From the NCBI GenBank assembly GCA_905478415.1, contig CAJQIG010000002.1:314699-378698 (forward strand): a stretch of DNA of 64,000 nt, read 5' to 3'. This stretch comes from an uncultured Patescibacteria group bacterium. Lineage in GTDB: Bacteria > Patescibacteriota > Microgenomatia > UBA1400 > PJMF01. Positions 17,767 through 25,596 of the stretch are shown here, piece after piece. Made by a program: the position numbers and the translations under genes. The notes beneath the pieces are model-generated. The model saw only the letters and a list, made by a program, of their open reading frames with translations. It was not told where the DNA came from and ran no database searches. How positions within the stretch are numbered: the first letter of the stretch is position 1; each line of letters starts with the position of its first letter.

Positions 17767-17807
17767 GGTTAGAAACTTTCTATTAGTACGTACTACTGGT
17801 AGTACTT

Positions 17808-18233
17808 TTACGCAGCAGGTTCTGCAACTACTTCTTCAGCGACTTCAGGGGTTTTTTCTGGGGTTTCTGCAACGACAGGAGCTTCAGCTTTAGCTGTTGC
17901 TTTCTCTTTTTTTGCAGCTGCCTTTTCCTCTTCAGCTAGAGCAAGTTTAGCTTTAGCTTTTTTAGAAGGTTTAGCCTTCTTTGGAGGGAATGGAGTTCCA
18001 GATTCAAAGCGTTTAGCTAATTCTGCAACGGTGTCAGTTGGCTGTGCACCTTTGGTGAGCCAAGCTTTGTATTCCTTCATGTCAATTTGAAGCAGTTTTG
18101 GTGTTTGTGTTGGTGCGTAGTGTCCAAGAAGTGCGGTGTAAGCACCGTCTCTTTTTGAACGAGCTTCGTTTACAACAATACGATAGTGTGGCTGATTCTT
18201 TTTTCCGAATCGAGCGAGTTTGATCTTAAGCAT
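17808..18233 (-). CDS. rpsP: 30S ribosomal protein S16 with a Lys/Ala-rich C-terminal extension
   Basis: MLKIKLARFGKKNQPHYRIVV... matches the bS16 N-terminus. Confidence 0.85.
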   Translation of the reverse strand: MLKIKLARFGKKNQPHYRIVVNEARSKRDGAYTALLGHYAPTQTPKLLQIDMKEYKAWLTKGAQPTDTVAELAKRFESGTPFPPKKAKPSKKAKAKLALAEEEKAAAKKEKATAKAEAPVVAETPEKTPEVAEEVVAEPAA

Positions 18234-18399
18234 AGGTATCTTTTTTTCGAATGTTTACTACTGGTGAACTTGTTTGACGAGTTCCTTTGTTGACTGAGCA
18301 TGTCCTGTAGCCAAGTAGAGATGTAACTACAGAACCCAAATTATACGGCACTTTCTTATTTTTCTCAAGTAGAAGGATTTTTTTATAAAAGCAACAGGC

Positions 18400-19068
18400 T
18401 TACTCTGCGTCTGGATATTTTTTAAGCGCTTTTTCAGCTGCGTTTTGTTGGGCACGTTGTTTGCTCGTACCGGTTCCACGGGCGACGACTTTGTCTCCTA
18501 CGACGACTTGGATAGTGAATTCCTTGTCATGGTCAGGGCCAACTTCGGTTATAACTTGGTAATCTGGGGTCTCAAAGCCGAGGGCTTGCACAATTTCTTG
18601 CAAGTGACTCTTTGGGTCCTTGTAGAGTTTATTTTCTAGGATGAGGTCAATTTCAGTAAAGAGTTCTGCATGTAAAAAAGTACTGACTACTTCTATGCCT
18701 TGGTCAAGATAGAGAGCGCCGATAACGGCTTCCATAGTGTCAGCTAAGAGGCCAATGTTAGTTCGGCCACCAGTTGCTTCCTCGCCTCGACTCATGAACA
18801 GAGCCTCTCCGAGGCCCAATTTAGTAGCAATTTTTGCTAGAGTTGTGGTTTTAACGAGAGCACTTCGATAAGCAGTTAAGGTGCCTTCTGGTTTTTTTGG
18901 AAATTTATTGAATAAAAATTCGGTGGTAATTACTTCCAGGACAGCATCACCTAGAAACTCGAGTCGTTCGTTCGATTCTTCGGCTGAAGAATTTTTTTCA
19001 TTCAGGGCGCTTCGATGAGTCAAAGCTTTTGTTAAGAGATCAGTATTTTTGAAATCAGGAATATTCAT
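18400..19068 (-). CDS. rnc: ribonuclease III
   Basis: ERLEFLGDAVLE RNase III signature and a C-terminal dsRBD. Confidence 0.9.
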   Translation of the reverse strand: MNIPDFKNTDLLTKALTHRSALNEKNSSAEESNERLEFLGDAVLEVITTEFLFNKFPKKPEGTLTAYRSALVKTTTLAKIATKLGLGEALFMSRGEEATGGRTNIGLLADTMEAVIGALYLDQGIEVVSTFLHAELFTEIDLILENKLYKDPKSHLQEIVQALGFETPDYQVITEVGPDHDKEFTIQVVVGDKVVARGTGTSKQRAQQNAAEKALKKYPDAE

Positions 19069-19081
19069 AGTTTTTCCCCTG

Positions 19082-19351
19082 TTATCCTAGTTCGATTTCT
19101 TCACAAACTACGACGCTGAGTTCTCGTACCGTTTCTACGCTCTCCTCTTCCTCAATTTCGGCCGCATTGAGACTAGTGCCAAGCTTGGCATTGATTACCT
19201 TAGTGAGGCGCAAAAGTTCACCATCTACGATCTCTAGTTCATCCTCCAAATGCATATCTGGTTGAATTTCTTCGATATCGTTACCTGTTTCTTCTGAGAT
19301 GATTTCTCTAATTTTCTGTAATGTGGCTGTGTAAAGTTCTTCATTAATCAT
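19082..19351 (-). CDS. small acidic acyl-carrier-protein-like protein (Ser->Glu at the presumed phosphopantetheine site)
   Basis: About 89 aa and highly acidic, sitting upstream of rnc as acpA does in Bacillus. ...HLEDELEIVDGELL aligns loosely to ...DLGADSLDTVELV with E in place of S. ATG 19351 preferred over the poly-Lys extension of the ORF. Confidence 0.35.
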   Translation of the reverse strand: MINEELYTATLQKIREIISEETGNDIEEIQPDMHLEDELEIVDGELLRLTKVINAKLGTSLNAAEIEEEESVETVRELSVVVCEEIELG

Positions 19352-19784
19352 TGGCTGCTTCCTCAACTGGTTCTTTCGACGGTGTTTTTTCTTCTTTTTT
19401 TTCTTCCTCCTCAGTAAAGCCATCTGGGAGTAATAGTGTAGCTAAGACGCCATTTACAAAGCGAGAAGATGATTCACTGCCAAACTCTTTGGCCATTTCG
19501 ACTGCTTCATTAATTAAAACTTTTTTTGGTGTGTCTTTGTGTTCTGATTCAAACACAATGATACGCATAATGGCTAGATCAACTCGATTAATTTGGTCGA
19601 GTGGCCGTTCCGGTGCGACTGATTGAATTTGGGCATCGAGTTCATCAAGAACGTGCAACAGTTTATACACTGTTGAATCTGGATCTTTTTCGGTTAAGCA
19701 AATTTGGCGATTCTCTTCGCTAAAAGTGCACGCGAAAAGATCTTGCATGATTTTAATGCGTTTTTGATGTCGATGATCAGACAT
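19344..19784 (-). CDS. nusB: transcription antitermination factor NusB
   Basis: 146 aa with a NusB-like helical pattern (..RVDLAIMRIIVFE.., FVNGVLATL). Confidence 0.75.
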   Translation of the reverse strand: MSDHRHQKRIKIMQDLFACTFSEENRQICLTEKDPDSTVYKLLHVLDELDAQIQSVAPERPLDQINRVDLAIMRIIVFESEHKDTPKKVLINEAVEMAKEFGSESSSRFVNGVLATLLLPDGFTEEEEKKEEKTPSKEPVEEAAND

Positions 19785-19795
19785 ACGAGTTTCCG

Positions 19796-19957
19796 TTATT
19801 TTTTGATACCTACTTTTTTAAGGATATCATTAACGAGCGACTGTTTGTGAAGTGGAACGCTAGCCATGTTTGTGTCTTTGGTAAGTTTTGGCTTATTTCC
19901 TCGACGACGCTTGCCTCGTTCAACGCTGGTAACTTTATTCTTTGGTAGTGCTCCCAT
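19796..19957 (-). CDS. rpmF: 50S ribosomal protein L32 (bL32), a 53-aa ORF below the ORF-track cutoff
   Basis: Hand translation gives MGALPKNKVTSVERGKRRRGNKPKLTKDTNMASVPLHKQSLVNDILKKVGIKK. The N-terminus resembles bL32 (MAVPKRKTSKSRRDMRRSH...). Confidence 0.45.
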   Translation of the reverse strand: MGALPKNKVTSVERGKRRRGNKPKLTKDTNMASVPLHKQSLVNDILKKVGIKK

Positions 19958-20113
19958 GGGTGCCTTTCTTCTCTTCTGTAGTGCGGTTGTGTGACCGCCA
20001 GTTTTTTGATTTCACTAAAAAGTATACCACTACGAGTGGTAGAAGGTGTGATAGTATCACTAGTTGGGGTAAAAGGCAAGATGCCTATCTGGCTGTTTTC
20101 ATTGTGAGAAGGG

Positions 20114-22111
20114 TCAATTTGCTAGTGGTGTCTTTGATTTTTCTCTCTGAGATGAAAAAAGTGGCGTCCACTCTGGTGGTAAGGTATCAAATGTGGTTTT
20201 AGCTGTGGCAATCAACTCCAGATTTGCCCAATCGGCAAACTGTAAGTCAGAAAATCCGTGTTGCGTAGTGCCAAACAGGTTACCCGAACCACGGTTGGTA
20301 AGATCAAGCTCTGCCAGTTTTAGTCCATTATTCTCTTTACAAAAGGCTTCAAGTCGCTCTTTACTACTGGCATTTGCCGAAGGACTGAACAAGAGGCAGT
20401 ACCCTTGTTGGCCGGCACGGCCGACTCGGCCACGCAACTGGTGTAAGCTAGCGAGACCAAATCGATCTGCAGATTCAATAACAATAGTACTGGCTTTGGG
20501 TAAGTCGAGTCCAACTTCAACCATTGGAGTGGTGACCAGAATATCAATGGTTTGAGAGTAGAGCCTTTCAATAGTTTCGTTCTGTTCCCCTTTCTTTAAT
20601 CGACCATGGAGGAGTCCCACCTCAACATTGGGAAAGTGTTGCTGGGTAAATCGAGATACTTCTTCGAAGGTTGTAGTTGCAGAAGCAACCTTTTCAAAGG
20701 CGAGATGTTCAGACGGATCAATAAAAGGACAGACAATAATGGCTTGCGAAGTTGTTTCCTGGATTTGTTCTGCGAGCCAGTTCCAAGAATCACTTCTCTT
20801 TTTTTCAGGCACAAGCCACGTTCTGGTGGGCTTACGACCAGCAGGCATTTGATCGATAATGCTTAAACTTAAGTGAGAAAAGATAGTTAACATCAAACTT
20901 CGAGGAATAGGTGTAGCAGACATTGTCAAAATATGTGGCATGTATTCGAGCGAAAGAGCCTTTGATCGTTGGGTGACTCCAAATCGATGCTGTTCGTCAT
21001 AGATAACTAGTGCAGGAGCAATATTCTCGAGGCGGTTGATCACGGCATGAGTGCCTACAAAAAGTGTTGGTTGCGTGGGAGTTGCTAAGACTTTTTTGCC
21101 CCCAGTAATAAGTTCAATGTGTAAGTTGGGGAAGAGTTTAGCAAAGGTCTCGGCGTGTTGAGTCGCAAGGATTTTAGTTGGAGCCACAATAGCACTACTT
21201 CTCCCCTGCTCTGCGAACAAGTTGCAGGCAATGCCGGCAACGACCGTTTTTCCCGAACCCACATCTCCAATTAAGAGTCGGTTCATGGGTTCTGAAGAGC
21301 TGATGTCGGTGAGGATCTCAGTTGTGGCTCGATGTTGTGCATCAGTGAGCGTAAAGGGAATGCTGTCAGGAATGGCATCAGATATGTTGGCTGGGATGGT
21401 ACAGGTATGGGCTGTATGTAGTGTTCGCCACTCAGCTTTAATTTTCTTTGAGGTGTGAATCAAAGCCAGTAGTTCTTCGACTGCTAAGCGTTCTCTCGAG
21501 AGAATGACATGGTCCTGAGTAGTTGGAAAGTGGACCTCTTCAAATGCTTCTTTTAGCAACGTGTCTTTAATAGACAAATCTTGCTTGAGGGTCAGATGGT
21601 CAAGAATTTCTTTTAAAACTCTGCGCTGTGTACCTTGGGCCAATGGAATGGTGGTGCTATAGAGCGGTACCAACCTATTTGTATGGAGTGTTTCTTTGTC
21701 ATCTCCAGATTTAGTATGGGCACGCTCGATTGTTGGTTGAGCAATGCTTTTATACTTGGCGCTATATTTGCCACTGATGTAGTACTCTTCTCCCTCTTTT
21801 ATATTTGAGATGACGTGAGGATTATTGAACCATTGGAGTTTTACACTACCGGTCTCATCGGTAGCTTTGGCAGACTGCATGCTGCGGCGACCTTTATAGA
21901 AATTTCGGGCAGCTGAGAGGATGGCTTTCGTTGTGATTAGTTTTTCGGGCTCAAGATCGGCAATGGCCACAGTTTGTGAACGGTCTTCATATCTGAGGGG
22001 AACTGCGAGCAGTAAATCTTGAACGGTTGTGTAACCACGCTTGGCAAGTTTTGCGCTGAGCGCGTCACCAATGCCCTTCACTTGATCGAGATAGGTCGTC
22101 AAAAAATACAT
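20114..22111 (-). CDS. recG: ATP-dependent DNA helicase RecG
   Basis: Wedge domain plus SF2 helicase: GDVGSGKTVVA, DEQHRFGV, and a C-terminal RecG pattern. Confidence 0.9.
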   Translation of the reverse strand: MYFLTTYLDQVKGIGDALSAKLAKRGYTTVQDLLLAVPLRYEDRSQTVAIADLEPEKLITTKAILSAARNFYKGRRSMQSAKATDETGSVKLQWFNNPHVISNIKEGEEYYISGKYSAKYKSIAQPTIERAHTKSGDDKETLHTNRLVPLYSTTIPLAQGTQRRVLKEILDHLTLKQDLSIKDTLLKEAFEEVHFPTTQDHVILSRERLAVEELLALIHTSKKIKAEWRTLHTAHTCTIPANISDAIPDSIPFTLTDAQHRATTEILTDISSSEPMNRLLIGDVGSGKTVVAGIACNLFAEQGRSSAIVAPTKILATQHAETFAKLFPNLHIELITGGKKVLATPTQPTLFVGTHAVINRLENIAPALVIYDEQHRFGVTQRSKALSLEYMPHILTMSATPIPRSLMLTIFSHLSLSIIDQMPAGRKPTRTWLVPEKKRSDSWNWLAEQIQETTSQAIIVCPFIDPSEHLAFEKVASATTTFEEVSRFTQQHFPNVEVGLLHGRLKKGEQNETIERLYSQTIDILVTTPMVEVGLDLPKASTIVIESADRFGLASLHQLRGRVGRAGQQGYCLLFSPSANASSKERLEAFCKENNGLKLAELDLTNRGSGNLFGTTQHGFSDLQFADWANLELIATAKTTFDTLPPEWTPLFSSQREKSKTPLAN

Positions 22112-22132
22112 AGCGGTAGTATGGCACGGATC

Positions 22133-22237
22133 TTAGATAAGGTACAGTAATCCACCAGCAAAGCTGCTGACAATCATAGCTAGGATAGCGATGACCACAA
22201 AGACGTTGATAATTATTTTTTTGGTAGCTTTTTTCAT
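22133..22237 (-). CDS. predicted 34-aa single-TM peptide between tyrS and recG
   Basis: Hand translation gives MKKATKKIIINVFVVIAILAMIVSSFAGGLLYLI. It is tightly packed, 17 nt after tyrS and 21 nt before recG. No strong SD. Confidence 0.25.
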   Translation of the reverse strand: MKKATKKIIINVFVVIAILAMIVSSFAGGLLYLI

Positions 22238-22254
22238 GAGCGTGTTTTCTAGTA

Positions 22255-23481
22255 TTACAGAATAACTTTAAAGAATTTTCGTTTTCCTATTCGAATTGTG
22301 GTGAGATCGTGACTATCATTTGTAATTTGCATAGTTTCGTTGATATCTGTTGGTTTAGTAGACAGCTGAGAAGTATCTCCATAGTAAAACTCAACGGCGC
22401 CTTGTTCAATCAAGCGGCGAATTTGGCTATTACTTTCTTCTGGCAGGCAGGCTTTGACAGCATCAAAAATTGTTCGAGATTCAGCCAGAGAAATTTCTGG
22501 AATTTCTTCTGGAATTTGCTTGTTTTGAACAGTGTCTTCAAAATGTTTTGCAGCTATCTCAGCGTCTTCGGCAGAGCTGTACATCTCAGTAATAGTGAAA
22601 GCTAGTTTTTTCTTGAATGTCATGGGATTTTCGCCGTTTGCAATCGCTTCCTCCATTTTTGAAATTTCAGAAGTTTCTAGGTTTGTGAGAACGTCGAAGT
22701 ATTCGATAATCATTTCATCAGCCACTGACATCAGTTTTCCATACATATCAATTGGTTCATCGATAAGGGCAATAAAGTTGCCATAGGATTTGCTCATTTT
22801 TCTGCCATCGGTACCATTAATAAGCGGTGTTGAGAGCACCCATTTTTCTTTGTTATTGTACTGTTTTTGAAGGGTGCGTCCCATCAACATGTTAAACGTT
22901 TGGTCTGTGCCGCCAATTTCGAGGTCCACATCCATGACCACTGAGTCATATCCTTGCAGAAGTGGGTAGATAATTTCATGCCCGTGAATCGGCTTGCCAG
23001 CTTTGAGGCGCTCTTGGAACATATCTCGTTCCATAAGTTGTTGAACTGTGGTTTTGGCCATCAATTTAACCATGTCGGCGTAGTTGAGTTTGTCGAGCCA
23101 GTCGCCATTGTAGCGAATCTCAATTTTTGAAAAATCAAGCACTTTACTGGCCTGTTCTTTCCAAGTTTTAAAATTTTCTTTAATTTGTTCATCAGTGAGT
23201 TCTGGGCGAGTTGAGTCTTTTCCCGTTGGATCTCCAATGCGCACGGTGCCACTGCCGATCAGCAAGATAACCTCATGACCAAGTTCTGCAAATTGTTGCA
23301 GTTTTCTCAGGACTACACTGTGACCAAGTGTTAGGAGAGATCCAGTAGGATCAATGCCGAGATAGACACGAATTTTGCGTTCGGTCATGAGCTTTTCAAG
23401 TGAGTCTGTAGCGGGGAGAACCTCGGCGACTCCTCGTGTCAGGATTGCTTTGAGTGGTGGTGTAGTGTGTGGCTGTTCCAT
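22255..23481 (-). CDS. tyrS: tyrosyl-tRNA synthetase
   Basis: Class I HIGH-like region GIDPTGSLLTLGHSV, KMSKS, and a C-terminal S4-like domain. 408 aa. Confidence 0.85.
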   Translation of the reverse strand: MEQPHTTPPLKAILTRGVAEVLPATDSLEKLMTERKIRVYLGIDPTGSLLTLGHSVVLRKLQQFAELGHEVILLIGSGTVRIGDPTGKDSTRPELTDEQIKENFKTWKEQASKVLDFSKIEIRYNGDWLDKLNYADMVKLMAKTTVQQLMERDMFQERLKAGKPIHGHEIIYPLLQGYDSVVMDVDLEIGGTDQTFNMLMGRTLQKQYNNKEKWVLSTPLINGTDGRKMSKSYGNFIALIDEPIDMYGKLMSVADEMIIEYFDVLTNLETSEISKMEEAIANGENPMTFKKKLAFTITEMYSSAEDAEIAAKHFEDTVQNKQIPEEIPEISLAESRTIFDAVKACLPEESNSQIRRLIEQGAVEFYYGDTSQLSTKPTDINETMQITNDSHDLTTIRIGKRKFFKVIL

Positions 23482-23513
23482 AGTGGATTTTATTGTAGCA
23501 TTTCTAGGAGTAA

Positions 23514-23786
23514 TTATTTCTGAACTTTTCGAGCACCCTGCATAATGGCTGTAAATACTTTTTCGGTGTGATCAAGATTTAAACCATGCAGTTTTGCGAG
23601 TCCTCGCACCTGGGTAATCACGGCATGCTCTCGTTCGTAGTCTCTGACGGCAATGCCGGCTTTCTTTTTAAGCTCACCAATTTTTTTTGCAGCTTGGGTT
23701 CGCTTCGCAAGAAGGATGACTATTTTTTCATTTAGAGCATCAATCTTTTCACGTTTTTTTTCAATACCAGTTGTAGTTGGTAGCAC
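23514..23786 (-). CDS. chorismate mutase (AroQ class)
   Basis: KREKIDALNEKIVILLAKRTQAAKKIGELKK...YEREHAVI matches the AroQ helical signature. GTG start 23786 has RBS AAGGGAG 6 nt upstream. The ORF-track ATG at 23819 lies inside a hairpin. Confidence 0.65.
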   Translation of the reverse strand: MLPTTTGIEKKREKIDALNEKIVILLAKRTQAAKKIGELKKKAGIAVRDYEREHAVITQVRGLAKLHGLNLDHTEKVFTAIMQGARKVQK

Positions 23787-23803
23787 AGCTATCTCCCTTC
23801 TGT

Positions 23804-23840
23804 AATAAAAAAACCCCATATAGGTGGGGCTGTTTTTTTA
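23804..23840 (-). promoter_or_regulatory. terminator-like hairpin plus U-tract inside the chorismate mutase-tyrS leader (possible attenuator)
   Basis: On the minus strand: A-run, CCCCA-CCTATA-TGGGG, then T7, ending about 14 nt before the RBS. Confidence 0.3.
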
Positions 23841-23983
23841 ATCTGTTTTTACATGCAGTACACAACCCCCAGTCATTTTTGTGGTTGATAGAAGTAATAA
23901 TTGCATGTTGAAAACTTCATTATGTTGATTATTGTATCACACCGATCTCCTGCAACTTTTGTTCATGATATAATTACGCACTT

Positions 23984-25405
23984 ATGGCGATGACACCGGA
24001 AAAAATTCAACTTATTAGAGAAACTCAGTACGAACCATTTCGAGCGCAAATGGATCATCTTGAAGAAATTATTTCGTCTGATCACGATAACTGGTGGTTT
24101 AGAACCATGCTCTTTTTAGGTCGGTTACAGCGAGCAGCTGTGACTACGCCAGAACAGTTCCCTGAAGGAATGTTGCAGTTTGTGGAGCAGATGGTACAGC
24201 AAGTTCAGAGTAGATTGGCTGACGAAGTCGGTGCAGAAGGAGACCCCGTTGTACGTGCGCATGAAGTAGTGTTAGATATTTCGGACAGAATGCCATCTGT
24301 AGAAACACGAGAACATGAAGCAGTCACCGTTATGACCAAACCACTGGAGGAATTGGTGGCAGAACATCCTCAATTAGAGTTTTCAACCTGGGAAAAAAAT
24401 GGGCAAACTCGTCGGGCATTGACCATTTTTGACACAAAAGGTGCCGGTCATTGTTTTCCTCTTCCAGATGAAGATACTCTTTTTCACAAAGGAGGGTTTC
24501 CGAGAGTGCTTTTAAAGCTTATGGTGGGAGCTGACCCTGCTTTAATTGATGCAGAGTTACCACCAAATGATTTTGATATTATTGCTCTCAAAACAACTAA
24601 AAATATTGAAGAAAAAGCAGCAGTTTTGTCTGTAGATCCAGATGGAATTGAGTATGTATCTCAGTTGCAGTTTGACCGACTCTTTCTTGAGCGGGATATT
24701 GATTTAAATATGGCAGTGGTTGGAACTGATGCGTTTTATTTTTCTGAACAAGCACTTGCCGCTGCTAAGTCAGGAAAAATAAGAGTTATGTCTGCTCACC
24801 GTGGTATTTATGGCACGGAATTTTTTTACTATGATGGACAACCACTTCTAAAAAATAGAGGCCTGATGCGGCTGTTAAAAACAGTAGCAGATGGTAAGGC
24901 AACACATTTCGATTTCACTCCGCTAAATGAACAGATTTCCTTTGGTATTTATTGGTTAGTGCTCTTTAGAAAGTATCTCAGTAAAGATGATGGGGCTGCA
25001 CATCTTGATAGACTTTATTTTCTGGCACAGAAAACACAGCAACTTCCCGAGGGTGCTCAAAATATTATTGAAGTTATAGATGTCATTCACGCGAAGTACT
25101 CATTTTTTGATTTTAATCAGGGTGCTTTAGATGAAGTTGGTGTTACTCGGTGGTTAGGAAAAAAACTTATTCGACAAGTTGATATGACCTATCGTCATAT
25201 GAATACCATTCCTAACGAAATGACCATGGATCGTAGTGAAGGTGATACTATTCCCTACACTGTTTCACTTGATGGTTATGTTCCAGACCCAGAGCGGGTT
25301 GCATGGATACAGAGCCAGCTTAGTCCGTTGCTAGCTCGTTGTCGAAGACGCACCCGTGCATATAAAGAGGTCGCGAGTGAATCTTTTGAAGACACAGACG
25401 ACTAG
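23984..25405 (+). CDS. hypothetical protein (473 aa)
   Basis: Long intact ORF with no confident family assignment. Confidence 0.4.
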   Translation: MAMTPEKIQLIRETQYEPFRAQMDHLEEIISSDHDNWWFRTMLFLGRLQRAAVTTPEQFPEGMLQFVEQMVQQVQSRLADEVGAEGDPVVRAHEVVLDISDRMPSVETREHEAVTVMTKPLEELVAEHPQLEFSTWEKNGQTRRALTIFDTKGAGHCFPLPDEDTLFHKGGFPRVLLKLMVGADPALIDAELPPNDFDIIALKTTKNIEEKAAVLSVDPDGIEYVSQLQFDRLFLERDIDLNMAVVGTDAFYFSEQALAAAKSGKIRVMSAHRGIYGTEFFYYDGQPLLKNRGLMRLLKTVADGKATHFDFTPLNEQISFGIYWLVLFRKYLSKDDGAAHLDRLYFLAQKTQQLPEGAQNIIEVIDVIHAKYSFFDFNQGALDEVGVTRWLGKKLIRQVDMTYRHMNTIPNEMTMDRSEGDTIPYTVSLDGYVPDPERVAWIQSQLSPLLARCRRRTRAYKEVASESFEDTDD

Positions 25406-25596
25406 TAGTTAGCAGTCATAATGGTACAATAGTCTGTATGTACAAACAGTTACTTGATCGTTTGACCGCTTTCGTACAAAAAACTCGAGTTTTTGTGGTC
25501 ATGCACCATGCTCGCTTTATCCTCTCACATCCTAAAATTGCTCGGTACGAACAGCTACTTCTGCAAAAACTACAAATAGTGTTTAATGAGGGCACT

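Noticed and set aside
19352-19423. Poly-lysine N-terminal extension (MALLRRKKKKKKKHRRK...) of ORF 19082..19423
   Set aside because: It arises from the poly-A/T tract at the 3' end of nusB read in another frame. The internal ATG at 19351 gives a compact ACP-sized acidic protein.
19810-20079. 89-aa minus-strand ORF
   Set aside because: It is in a different frame from, and overlaps, the 53-aa L32-like ORF (19796..19957), which has a recognisable ribosomal-protein N-terminus. The 89-aa product has no features.
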